DNA of 62,724 nt from Euryarchaeota archaeon UBA438 (GCA_002504435.1 DAQP01000049.1:1-62724), one strand, 5' to 3'. Positions 44,841 to 53,715 are shown, counted from the first letter of the stretch. Notes: a model not told the origin generated them from the sequence alone. Program-made: numbers and translations.

Positions 44841-47799
44841 GGTCTGATTCCTCGAAGAACTGCTCGTCCACTAAAACGAGATTGTCCTCCAGTTTTCCGA
44901 ACTCCCGTTCCATTGTGACTTCCAGTTCCTTCGCCTCCGTATCTGCGAGCCTCTTTGTCTTCCTCTCCTTCCCCTCCTTCCTCTTCCTACGGAATCTGCT
45001 GATTGACAATAAGGTGAATACCAAGAGTACGAAGACGTAGGGGGCCAGTTCCCCTACTATGAAAACCCAGGTTACCTCGATTGAGTAGGTCACCTTGTCA
45101 GTGTTGGAATCCCTGCTACATTGTGCCCATGATTCTGCATCGGGGCATATTGGTAGTGAGTAATTCAATACTTGCCTCCCTCCCATCTCTCCGAGTTCCC
45201 CTAGCCCCATCTCGCTCTCGAACGAGACCAGCCTAACTGAGTCAGGCATCAGAATCTGGAACCTTGCTGAAGAACGGATGGTCCCAAAGGCCGTGTGCTC
45301 CATCAGCGGCGTTATCCTCTGTGTGACTGATGCGCCTTCTATTTGCATTCCCGTATCGGTGAAAAACGGCATTCCGTATGCTGAGGCCAGTAGTCCGGAG
45401 GTCCGCATAGCTATCGAAGCGGGTTGTATCGATATGTCGACCTCGTCCTGCCTCAGTGACATTGTTATCTCTGCATCATTGATGCTACTAGTGAGCCTGA
45501 GTGGGACTCTATCGCTCATGACGGGATCGTCCCTCATCTCTATAGTGGCAAAATCCGCAGTGAAGGGAGTCCTTGAGAAGTCGGCATTGAATGTGTAGTA
45601 GCCGATTCCCAGGTCTTGGTTTGTCAGGCTAATATCCCCCAGTTCCTCGATCATGTCAGACGAGGACTCCGTAAGGATGCTGGCAAGTTCCTGAATCCCT
45701 GCATTGGATACCTCGAAGTCGATTGGTTCGCCCAGTCCAGTGTCTATCGTCGATTCCAACTCAGAGCCTGCGAGAAGCCCCCCCTCCAGCCGGTCACCCA
45801 TGACTATGATTCTCCTTATTGCGTCGGCGGGGACTGGGAGGAGGTGGATCTCGTCCACGCCAGGGTCTATCCCCAATCTGTAGATCTCCAAAACGACCTC
45901 AGAAGTGAATTCTACCGAGGCGGAAGATGTCAATTCGTGTATTGCCACCTTCTCTATGTCAATGGTCACCTCGAAAGAAACGCAGGTCTTCTGAGATGCC
46001 GAGCAAATGAGGTCTGGACTGTCATCTTCGCACGGGTCTGATTCCAGGCATATCGGGTGCTCCCAATCGAAGGGGCTCGCTCCTTCGAAGCCCAACTGCC
46101 TAGTGGGTCCCAGTTGAGCGTCCCTCTCGTCGTTGTTGGGTATCTCAATCACAACGATATCAGGGTCCCCAATTGTTGATTCAATCCAGTTGGGGAGGAT
46201 TACTGTGATCCTTAGGTCCGACTCAGGGGTGTTTTCGGGCAAAATGTCCCTTAGCCACTGGATGTCCATCTCAATATTCAACTCCAATAGCCTGAGTAGG
46301 CTGGCTAGGTCCTCATCGTTTGTTTTTGACAGGTCGAGGGTGGACGCGTCCCCTTCACTGTTTGTCAGTAGTTTCTCAATGATCCCTGCCAACCTGACTT
46401 GTGTTGGAGGGGTCGTGCTGCGGACCAAAACCGGCCATTGGTCGCCCATGGCATCATCCCCCTCGATGCAGTACCTTACCTCAAGAGACTCTTCGCAGGT
46501 TTCCCCGGGAGTGTGTCGGAACATGAGGCCGTCATTAGATCCCGAGTCTACGAAGAAGGGGGACCCGAAGCCGACATCGGTGCCAATAGCATCGGAGAAC
46601 GACTGGGATAGCTCACTAACGGGAAGGCCGTCAAGAATTGAGGATAGGTCTTGGTCGAACTCCTGGTCAAACATCCTGATGCCGTCGGAAGTGACCCATG
46701 GGAGGGAAACCTTGCCCCCGTAGAATTCAACGCCCCATTCGGACAGGGTTTCTTGCCTGAGGTGGTGAATTCCTATCTCCAGATCGAAGCTAGTGCTCGA
46801 AGAGTCCCTAGCGTCGATCACTAGGTTGATGTCGAGGGGCGCCTGCCTCTGCGAGTCTATTGACACTGTTTGGGTTGAAATTGGCCGGTGCTTCAGAGTT
46901 GTAATGAGGTCCTGTGTCGAAACCCCTGAGTCTATTGATGACTCAGTATTGTCCAGAGATAGGGCGGAGAATCTCTGTATCTCCCCATTCAGATTCCTAG
47001 ACCAAATTTGGCCGGGTGACTCGACTTCCTTGGCCATTGCGTAGTCAGGCGGGAATATTGACAGGTCGATTGCGTGGCCAGGGGCTGCTGATGCTGTGAA
47101 CTGCGACTCTAGTTCTGCCCCCATTACGAGAAGTCCCTCCATCATTCGATTCAAGTCTGAGGTGCTTTCCTCCATCCCCATCCTGTCAGAGTCCACTTGC
47201 AGAAGGAGTGTGGATTCGAAGCAAAGGGGAGGGTAGAACGGATCATTTGGCATGCCATTGACCTCGTCAATTGAGTCTTGGTCAGAGTCGTAGACGCACT
47301 GGGTGTCCATCTGCGTTCTGAAGTCTATCTCCGAGATTGTTGTAATGGACGAAGTGTTTGCAGTCGGGAAGTTGATATCGACATATTGCTCGATGACCTC
47401 CTCCACCCTCTGGAGCATCTTGTCTGATACCGTCGAGCCGCCTCGAGAGAGGGACTGGTAATTTCGAATGTAATCAGCTGGAATCCCATCCAGGGGGGTG
47501 CTGTCTCCACCGAGTTCCAAGTCCTCTAGGTCCAAATCCTGCCTGGACATCTCGTGAACCGCCAATTTTACCGTCATCACTACCATCTCTGCATCCTCGG
47601 ACTCGACCTCCACCATGGCCCTCATCCACTCCTGTCCTGGAGATGGATCAAGCATCGACTGGTAGTCATCGCAGACTCCCTCACTGCTGTTCCAAGTTGA
47701 GCAGATGTCGTTGGAAACCTCCGGCTGGCCTGGAGGGGGAGCGGCTGCCGCGATTGGTGCGAGGATGAGGATTACCAATGTGAGGGCGTGGCGACGCAC
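44818..47799 (-). CDS. orphan large acidic surface protein (signal peptide, ~900-aa ectodomain, C-terminal TM, charged tail)
   Basis: I recognised no domain. The proposed GTG start at 47799 gives M-RRHALTLVILILAPIAAAAPPPG as a signal peptide. The ORF track extends to 48165, but that part overlaps the divergent taw2-like gene. The TM is FIVGELAPYVFVLLVFTLLSIS followed by RFRRKRKEGKERK. Confidence 0.6.
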   Translation of the reverse strand: MRRHALTLVILILAPIAAAAPPPGQPEVSNDICSTWNSSEGVCDDYQSMLDPSPGQEWMRAMVEVESEDAEMVVMTVKLAVHEMSRQDLDLEDLELGGDSTPLDGIPADYIRNYQSLSRGGSTVSDKMLQRVEEVIEQYVDINFPTANTSSITTISEIDFRTQMDTQCVYDSDQDSIDEVNGMPNDPFYPPLCFESTLLLQVDSDRMGMEESTSDLNRMMEGLLVMGAELESQFTASAAPGHAIDLSIFPPDYAMAKEVESPGQIWSRNLNGEIQRFSALSLDNTESSIDSGVSTQDLITTLKHRPISTQTVSIDSQRQAPLDINLVIDARDSSSTSFDLEIGIHHLRQETLSEWGVEFYGGKVSLPWVTSDGIRMFDQEFDQDLSSILDGLPVSELSQSFSDAIGTDVGFGSPFFVDSGSNDGLMFRHTPGETCEESLEVRYCIEGDDAMGDQWPVLVRSTTPPTQVRLAGIIEKLLTNSEGDASTLDLSKTNDEDLASLLRLLELNIEMDIQWLRDILPENTPESDLRITVILPNWIESTIGDPDIVVIEIPNNDERDAQLGPTRQLGFEGASPFDWEHPICLESDPCEDDSPDLICSASQKTCVSFEVTIDIEKVAIHELTSSASVEFTSEVVLEIYRLGIDPGVDEIHLLPVPADAIRRIIVMGDRLEGGLLAGSELESTIDTGLGEPIDFEVSNAGIQELASILTESSSDMIEELGDISLTNQDLGIGYYTFNADFSRTPFTADFATIEMRDDPVMSDRVPLRLTSSINDAEITMSLRQDEVDISIQPASIAMRTSGLLASAYGMPFFTDTGMQIEGASVTQRITPLMEHTAFGTIRSSARFQILMPDSVRLVSFESEMGLGELGEMGGRQVLNYSLPICPDAESWAQCSRDSNTDKVTYSIEVTWVFIVGELAPYVFVLLVFTLLSISRFRRKRKEGKERKTKRLADTEAKELEVTMEREFGKLEDNLVLVDEQFFEESDPNDGNDP

Positions 47800-47815
47800 G
47801 CCCTTGGGGGCGTGC
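47796..47815. promoter_or_regulatory. perfect 8-bp inverted repeat GCACGCCC-TTGG-GGGCGTGC at the 5' end of the orphan surface-protein gene
   Basis: It lies in the 61-nt divergent region, and one arm contains the proposed GTG start (47797-47799). Confidence 0.3.
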
Positions 47816-47860
47816 GCCCTACCATAAGTCTGAATCAGTGATGTTCCCCCATCGGACCGT

Positions 47861-48721
47861 ATGTCGGGTAGTGGGCCGCACGAGAGGCTAGCTGATTCGG
47901 TTTCGGCGTACCTCGGAAGGGGACCGCCTGGACAGTTGCCCAAGAAATGGGAGAAGTTCTCCGATGTCGTTCTTCTCCCTTCAGACGCCTTCACCGGCAG
48001 GGACTGGGAGGAATTCAGGGGCGTTGGACTTTGGCAGTCTGTGGCAGAAGGCCTTGATGCACTAAGAGTCGGACAAAATGGCGAGATAACCGGAGAAACC
48101 AGGGAGAGTGGGGTTGCGATGCTACTGGGTGATGACGACTGGGTTGTCAGAAGGGAGAGTGGCATTGACTACGGGTACAGAATGACGAGATGCATGTTCT
48201 CGGCTGGGAATGTGAATGAGCGTAGGAGAATGGGCGAGGTGGCAGGTCAGGGGGAGGTTGTTGTTGACATGTTCTCAGGCATAGGGTATTACTCCCTCCC
48301 AATACTCGTCCACTCCAGAGCTAGTCATGTGCACTGCTGTGAGTGGAATCCTGAAGCGATAGTCGCTCTGAAGTGGAATCTGAAAAAGAACCGTGTCGAG
48401 GACAGGTGCACCGTTCACGAGGGTGACAACCGTCTGACATCCGACGCTCTGAGAGGGGTGGCTGACAGGGTAATCCTAGGACTGCTACCTACAGCGGAGG
48501 GCAGTTTCGAGTCCTCGATAGAAATTCTTCGTGAATCTGGGGGAGCTCTTCACGTTCACGGCCTTGCTAGGCCGAATCACTATGAAAAATGGTCAGAGGA
48601 AGTGTTGGGTAAGTTACGAGCGATAAGTACGAGTTTTGATTTCACGGCCTCCGATCTAGTCAGAGTCAAGAGTTACGCGCCCAAATGGGATCACGTCGTT
48701 CTAGACGTCCAAGCAAGTTAG
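47861..48721 (+). CDS. taw2: Met-10+ like SAM-dependent tRNA methyltransferase/aminocarboxypropyltransferase (Trm5/Taw2 family)
   Basis: The SAM-binding motif is VVVDMFSGIGYYSLPI, and CEWNPEAIVALKWN and the Taw2/Trm5-type catalytic region GLLP follow. At 286 aa and lacking the Trm5 D1 domain it fits Taw2 better than Trm5, but the subfamily is unverified. Confidence 0.68.
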   Translation: MSGSGPHERLADSVSAYLGRGPPGQLPKKWEKFSDVVLLPSDAFTGRDWEEFRGVGLWQSVAEGLDALRVGQNGEITGETRESGVAMLLGDDDWVVRRESGIDYGYRMTRCMFSAGNVNERRRMGEVAGQGEVVVDMFSGIGYYSLPILVHSRASHVHCCEWNPEAIVALKWNLKKNRVEDRCTVHEGDNRLTSDALRGVADRVILGLLPTAEGSFESSIEILRESGGALHVHGLARPNHYEKWSEEVLGKLRAISTSFDFTASDLVRVKSYAPKWDHVVLDVQAS

Positions 48722-48761
48722 CACCCGTTGAACTCAAGTCGTTTGACGCTAGCCCGAGAGC

Positions 48762-49469
48762 GTGGCAGAGGACTGGCTCGTGAGGGCTGCGGCCCAGTAT
48801 AATCAACACTCTCTCGATTGTCGTGACGACTATACTGCCATACTACTGATGCCAATTGACGCTCTTTCCACAATTCTCGAATGGACTTTCCAGTCCTTGC
48901 CCGACGAGATACTGGTGGGCATGGACCCCAATCCTGACATCCCTCACCCGGATGGCGTCGATGACATGTTCTGTGGCCTGGATCACTCGGAGGGGCTATT
49001 CGCAGGCCAGGGGTTCGTCCTCGGAAGCCCCCACCTAGTGAACAGGGGCGATTCTTACTCAGTTCACCATGTACCAGAGGAGTGGGTAGACGGGGTTCTT
49101 TCGGAAGACAGGGGAGTGAGGGGAGGCAGGTTCACTCACTGGATCCACACACATCCCAATGCTGTAGCGATACCGAGCGAGGCGGATGCCGAGGCGGCTC
49201 AATGGACGGAAGGCTGCGACATGATTCTCGGAGTCCGGTACACGCCGGAGGGGGTTCTACCATGGTTCGACGACGTCGAGGGGGCGAGGAGGAGGCTGAC
49301 TGCCGAGGACACCGGAGATGAATCAAGTTCCGATTCGCCCTATATCGGCAGGGCTGTTACAGGACACAGGATTCACGGCTTGGAGATGATTGCATTCCAC
49401 AGGACGGGACTGGGGGTCAACCTGATTCTGACTGACTCTGAAGGAAGGCCTATACTTACTGCTCCCTGA
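48762..49469 (+). CDS. JAMM/MPN+ metalloprotease family protein
   Basis: The complete JAMM motif is present: E (PDEILVG) ... HTH-PNAVAIP-S-EA-D, that is HxHx7SxxD. The start is uncertain: GTG 48762, or ATG 48849 giving MPIDALSTILEW. Confidence 0.7.
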   Translation: MAEDWLVRAAAQYNQHSLDCRDDYTAILLMPIDALSTILEWTFQSLPDEILVGMDPNPDIPHPDGVDDMFCGLDHSEGLFAGQGFVLGSPHLVNRGDSYSVHHVPEEWVDGVLSEDRGVRGGRFTHWIHTHPNAVAIPSEADAEAAQWTEGCDMILGVRYTPEGVLPWFDDVEGARRRLTAEDTGDESSSDSPYIGRAVTGHRIHGLEMIAFHRTGLGVNLILTDSEGRPILTAP

Positions 49470-49992
49470 ATATATGCTCCCTGAAGTGCGAAAGCTCCTC
49501 GATGCTGCCTCTGATGTCATCCAATGCCCTGTGGCCGGAGGGTTTGGAGAATCTAGGTGCCTTTGGGTACCAGCGCTTTGCTATCTCCTTCACCGATGTA
49601 ACGTCGACGCTCCTGTAGTGGAAAAAATCGTGGAGCTCGGGCATGTACCTCCTAAGGAAACGTCGGTCCTGTCCTATTGTGTTTCCACAGAGAGGGGGGA
49701 CGCCCGCAAGGCAGTGCTCCATCAGGAACTCCAATGTCGCCCTCTCCGCCTCGGCCATAGGTACTCCATCTGTCCTGACCCTCTTTAGCAGGCCATTCTT
49801 GGTGTGGTGAGTAAGGTTCCAATCATCCATCTTGGCCAGCTCGGACTCTGGTTGCGAGATCGCCAATGCCGGTCCCTCTGCAACTATTGTCAAATCGGCC
49901 TCGGTGACGATTGTGGCGATCTCGATGATAGTGTTCTCATCGGGATATAGGCCTGTCATCTCCAAGTCTATCCAGACCAGCCTGTCCTCCAT
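49456..49992 (-). CDS. orn: oligoribonuclease (DEDDh 3'-5' exonuclease)
   Basis: LVWIDLEMTGL (ExoI), GNTIGQDRRFL (ExoII) and HRALDDIRGSIEEL (ExoIII with His) are present. The start was set at MEDRLVW (ATG 49992). Confidence 0.9.
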   Translation of the reverse strand: MEDRLVWIDLEMTGLYPDENTIIEIATIVTEADLTIVAEGPALAISQPESELAKMDDWNLTHHTKNGLLKRVRTDGVPMAEAERATLEFLMEHCLAGVPPLCGNTIGQDRRFLRRYMPELHDFFHYRSVDVTSVKEIAKRWYPKAPRFSKPSGHRALDDIRGSIEELSHFREHIFREQ

Positions 49993-50067
49993 GGCCGTAA
50001 GACGACAGAGAGGCTGTCTTGAGTGTTGGGGGGCCAGAATCATAGACGTCTAGCAGTGGGGAATGGC

Positions 50068-51321
50068 ATGGCAGGCATCGGGTACATCCAGTTCCTGCGG
50101 CAGAACAGGAGCTTTCGCAAACTATTCATCAGTGACATGGTGATGTTCACCGGCGACTGGTTCACGGTGATAGCGATGTTCTTGCTGGCCGCTGAGGCCA
50201 CGGATGACTCGCCTCTCGCAATAGCGGGGGTGCTAGTCGTGCGTAGCTTCACCTTCGCGCCCCTGGAGCCCATAACGGGAATGCTAGCAGATCGCTATTC
50301 GAGAAAGGCTTTGATGCTGGGTTCGAACCTACTTTCATTCGTAATTCTGGTAACCTTCCTGGCTTTGGACCTCATGGGGGATTTGTTATCGGTTTACCTA
50401 CTTGCAATCTTCCTGGTAGTTGGAAGGGCGGTCTATGACCCTGCACAAACAGCCTATCTGCCTAACGTTTGCACAGACGACGAGTTGCTGACGGCCAACG
50501 CACTGGTCTCAGGGGGATGGTCGGCATCGATGGGTTTCGGTGCGGGCATTGGTGGCCTAGTGATATCGCAGTATGGCATCGAGATAGGCCTGATGGTTGA
50601 CTCTGTGACCTTCCTCTTCGCTGCTCTGATGATATCCACATTACCCCAAGGAGGGCCAGAGCAGTCAGAGAGAAAGTCTGCCAATCCTATCGAAATGTTC
50701 AGAGAAATCTTCGCAGGTTGGAGGTACATTCTCGCTCGTCCGGAAATCAGGAGGCTGCTGCTAGCGAAGGGTGGATGGGCGACCGGTGGCGGGGCACAGG
50801 TATTCCTCCTAATCCTGATAGGGATGGAGGCTGGCTTCGGAGAGGTCGCGGCGGGAATCGGCGTTGTCTACCTTTGCAGGGGCTTCGGCTCGGGTTTCGG
50901 ACCGATAATCGCTCGGCCCCTGATGGCGATGGAGAAATTGATGCCCTACATCATTGGCTTCGCCCTCGCCGGGGCCGGTTTGCTGTACGTCGGGGTATCG
51001 ACCTTCGAGTGGGGCGTGCTGACACTGATCTGCATATTCTTCAGCCACGGTTTCAGCGGGGTGTCATGGGTATTCAGCACGACCATGCTCCAGAGGAGGT
51101 CGGATGACGAGTGGATGGGAAGAGTTGCGGGAACAGACAATCTGATCATCACACTAACGATGGGGGTTTCCACCCTCCTAGCCGGGATAGGGATGGAGAA
51201 CGAGGTCGTGGAGCTCAGGGAGATGCTTCTAATCACGGCAGGTATCCAGATGTTTGTGGGGCTGCTTTGGTTGACACTGGCCTCACCCCAAGAGAGGAGT
51301 TTGCTAGATCAGTCGGTCTAG
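50068..51321 (+). CDS. MFS transporter (MFS_3/EntS-like)
   Basis: It has 12 predicted TM helices. The N-terminus FRKLFISDMVMFTGDWFTVIAM and the GMLADRYSRK loop motif are typical. The start was set at ATG 50068. Confidence 0.75.
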   Translation: MAGIGYIQFLRQNRSFRKLFISDMVMFTGDWFTVIAMFLLAAEATDDSPLAIAGVLVVRSFTFAPLEPITGMLADRYSRKALMLGSNLLSFVILVTFLALDLMGDLLSVYLLAIFLVVGRAVYDPAQTAYLPNVCTDDELLTANALVSGGWSASMGFGAGIGGLVISQYGIEIGLMVDSVTFLFAALMISTLPQGGPEQSERKSANPIEMFREIFAGWRYILARPEIRRLLLAKGGWATGGGAQVFLLILIGMEAGFGEVAAGIGVVYLCRGFGSGFGPIIARPLMAMEKLMPYIIGFALAGAGLLYVGVSTFEWGVLTLICIFFSHGFSGVSWVFSTTMLQRRSDDEWMGRVAGTDNLIITLTMGVSTLLAGIGMENEVVELREMLLITAGIQMFVGLLWLTLASPQERSLLDQSV

Positions 51322-52143
51322 ACCCACCAGCACTACGATAGGAGCTATGGAAAACAAGATGTTCTGGAAGAGCGATCTTGCAGATGCCTGTGCCCTCTTT
51401 GTGACGCGATCTTGAATCTCCCTGTCGAACTTCTCCATGGCTGCCGATGCAGGCTCCTTGACCTTGCCAAGAATATCTTCGAGTGCGTCGGCACCCATAT
51501 CCAGTAATCCGTACACGATTTCCTTCAGGGGGTTATCGACAGGAGCCATAGTGGTGACCCCATCCACCTCATGATCGACATCTATTACCTCCCTCCAGGG
51601 CCTGGGTATTCCCGTCTCGGTAACATTCTGAAGAATCTGACGACCGGCGACGGCACCCTGAACGACCATCTTGGCGGTACTGAGGTTGTATTTCGAAATC
51701 GTCTTGATGTCCCTTCTAGAGCGCATTACCTTGGAGAAATCTGAGAGGAGCCACGCCAAACCTGCGAGGATCAAGAGAAACACACCAATTTGGGGTGTTT
51801 CATCCCAAGAGGGCCAACCGATTGGCCCGAGCCAGTACCGAGCCCCTATGGCAATAAGGGCAGGTAGGATGAATGCCATGACTTCGTTAGCTACGATTAG
51901 CCAGAACCCCTTTACTGGAAGTGACTTGATCTGACCAAGAAACCACCTGACATGCTTTGTCCTCTCTCCAGGAGGGGCATATGTGTTAATCAGGTCTACC
52001 AATGGAGGGGAGATGAAAACGAGTCTCAAAATAAACGGGATTGCAAGCATCAACAAGTATGCATCCCATGGTGACGCGGGGGGCATGCTGGGTATAGCAA
52101 ACGCATCCGCCATGTGCTTACTCAAGAGAGCCTCAGCAATCAA
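51304..52143 (-). CDS. hypothetical membrane protein (about 4 N-terminal TMs, soluble domain, C-terminal TM)
   Basis: 279-aa ORF filling the gap and co-directional with the alkB-like gene. No motif was recognised. Confidence 0.5.
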   Translation of the reverse strand: MIAEALLSKHMADAFAIPSMPPASPWDAYLLMLAIPFILRLVFISPPLVDLINTYAPPGERTKHVRWFLGQIKSLPVKGFWLIVANEVMAFILPALIAIGARYWLGPIGWPSWDETPQIGVFLLILAGLAWLLSDFSKVMRSRRDIKTISKYNLSTAKMVVQGAVAGRQILQNVTETGIPRPWREVIDVDHEVDGVTTMAPVDNPLKEIVYGLLDMGADALEDILGKVKEPASAAMEKFDREIQDRVTKRAQASARSLFQNILFSIAPIVVLVGLDRLI

Positions 52144-52165
52144 CCTCTCTACGAATTACAGTAAA

Positions 52166-52603
52166 TTATCTCCTAACGCTGGATAGAGTATCGGCCTGGG
52201 TCATCGCAGCCCTGAGAAGGAAGAATGCGATAATGCACCCTAAGAAGAAGCTCCCGCCAATATACACGTGGGTCTCGAACATTAGTATCCCTATGGCGGT
52301 CAGCGACAGGTAGGAAATTGTCTGGCAAATCAAAGAGAGCCTCTGGAGCATGATGTACTCGATTTCGTGGACGTTGGAAGCCTCCTGGATGTATGAGTTG
52401 ATCAGGAAGAATATCGCTTGGAATGGGAGTGCGGCCGCTAGGATGGCTAGGCATGCAACTGTGACTATCTCAGGATTTTCGGGGTCGAGTTCTAGTCCTC
52501 TGAACAAGAGGTTACCAGTATTCAGACCGATAATGGCTGCGTGGATTGCCCATGCCTTGTCGGCCGGGGTTTCTTCTCCATCCTCCCCAATTGGTACAAC
52601 CAT
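52166..52603 (-). CDS. hypothetical small 4-TM membrane protein
   Basis: 145-aa hydrophobic ORF lying 83 nt downstream of the alkB-like gene and 22 nt upstream of the next ORF. No motif was recognised. Confidence 0.5.
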   Translation of the reverse strand: MVVPIGEDGEETPADKAWAIHAAIIGLNTGNLLFRGLELDPENPEIVTVACLAILAAALPFQAIFFLINSYIQEASNVHEIEYIMLQRLSLICQTISYLSLTAIGILMFETHVYIGGSFFLGCIIAFFLLRAAMTQADTLSSVRR

Positions 52604-52686
52604 GTAATGCTGCCATCCGATTCACCATTGAAGGTTACTCAGGGGAAAGAAGCTGTGGGGGTGGTTGTTGAAGTCCCCGTGAAACA

Positions 52687-53715
52687 TCACACGCCGGGTG
52701 CTCTGCCCTTCATCATCCTCCTCCATATTGGAGGTATCAAGCAGGGCCACCAGCATGCGTAGTAGCCGGATGGCAGGCTTGGTGAGTCGGGATATGGCCT
52801 GAGCTTCCAAAAGGGGACTGATGCCCTCAGGTGGTGGTCTGAATGCCTCGTTAGTTCCAGAAGACTCCATCTCGACCATCGGGCCTCGGTGTTCCAAGCA
52901 TGGTCTTCCTCGAACTTCTTGCTTCCATCTGCCCTCCTGAGACCCCAGTGCCGGATGTAGTTGACATACTCCAGAGTCAGTATTGCTATCAGGGATAGAA
53001 CCATCCATCCAGCCAATATTGGCAACGCCCATGACTGACCGATTAAGTGGGATGCCGCCAGTGAGGCGATCAGGACAATCTGTGCGATGAGCCCCCTCCA
53101 TGAGGGATTGCTCATTCCAGTCCTCCCCTTACGGTCATGAACCCTCACAGACGAGATGAACTGCCCCGGAATGGTGGATATCCAGAAGGACCAGATTCCC
53201 TGGTCATATGTGGCACTGGCAGGATCACTGTCTGTTGCCACGTTCTTGTGGTGGTTGTGGTTGTGCTCAGTAGTGAAGTGGGGGTAGTTGATGCTGAACA
53301 ATAGCGCCCTAGCGAGCCTCCACCCTGGGCTCTTGGGCCTCTTATGCCCAAGCTCGTGGGCAGTCACTATGGCGGATGCTGCGGCCACTAGGCCCGTTGA
53401 AAGGGATGCCGCCAGTAGCCACCCCGTCATTCCCTCGGAGGCAGCGAATACGACGAACGTCCCCAGCATAACGAAGTGTAGAATTCCATGGACCCAAAGT
53501 AGTGCCTCGAATGGGGTGCCCGATTCCCTAGGCGGGCGAGGAGTCTTCGATTCGCCCATGACCACATCCAGAATTGGTCCAACGCCCCAGATGAAAACCA
53601 CTCCCATGAGAGTATATGCGCCACCTAGGAGATTCCCCGAAATTGCGAGAGCGGGGCTGATTAGACCTAGAAGGTGGACTGGCCAGGGCTCGGGTGCCAG
53701 TTCCGCCTCACTCAT
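52687..53715 (-). CDS. alkB: alkane 1-monooxygenase-like integral membrane di-iron hydroxylase (AlkB family)
   Basis: All four AlkB signature blocks occur in order: HELGHK, EHNHNHH, NYIRHWGL and LTRHSDHH. The start was set at ATG 53715, which overlaps the msrA stop by 8 nt. Confidence 0.8.
   Translation of the reverse strand: MSEAELAPEPWPVHLLGLISPALAISGNLLGGAYTLMGVVFIWGVGPILDVVMGESKTPRPPRESGTPFEALLWVHGILHFVMLGTFVVFAASEGMTGWLLAASLSTGLVAAASAIVTAHELGHKRPKSPGWRLARALLFSINYPHFTTEHNHNHHKNVATDSDPASATYDQGIWSFWISTIPGQFISSVRVHDRKGRTGMSNPSWRGLIAQIVLIASLAASHLIGQSWALPILAGWMVLSLIAILTLEYVNYIRHWGLRRADGSKKFEEDHAWNTEARWSRWSLLELTRHSDHHLRASVPFWKLRPYPDSPSLPSGYYACWWPCLIPPIWRRMMKGRAPGV

Noticed and set aside
47800-48165. 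An upstream extension of the orphan surface-protein ORF to ATG 48165.
   Set aside because: It overlaps the taw2-like gene on the other strand and precedes an otherwise perfect signal peptide. A GTG start at 47799 is more parsimonious, though unproven.
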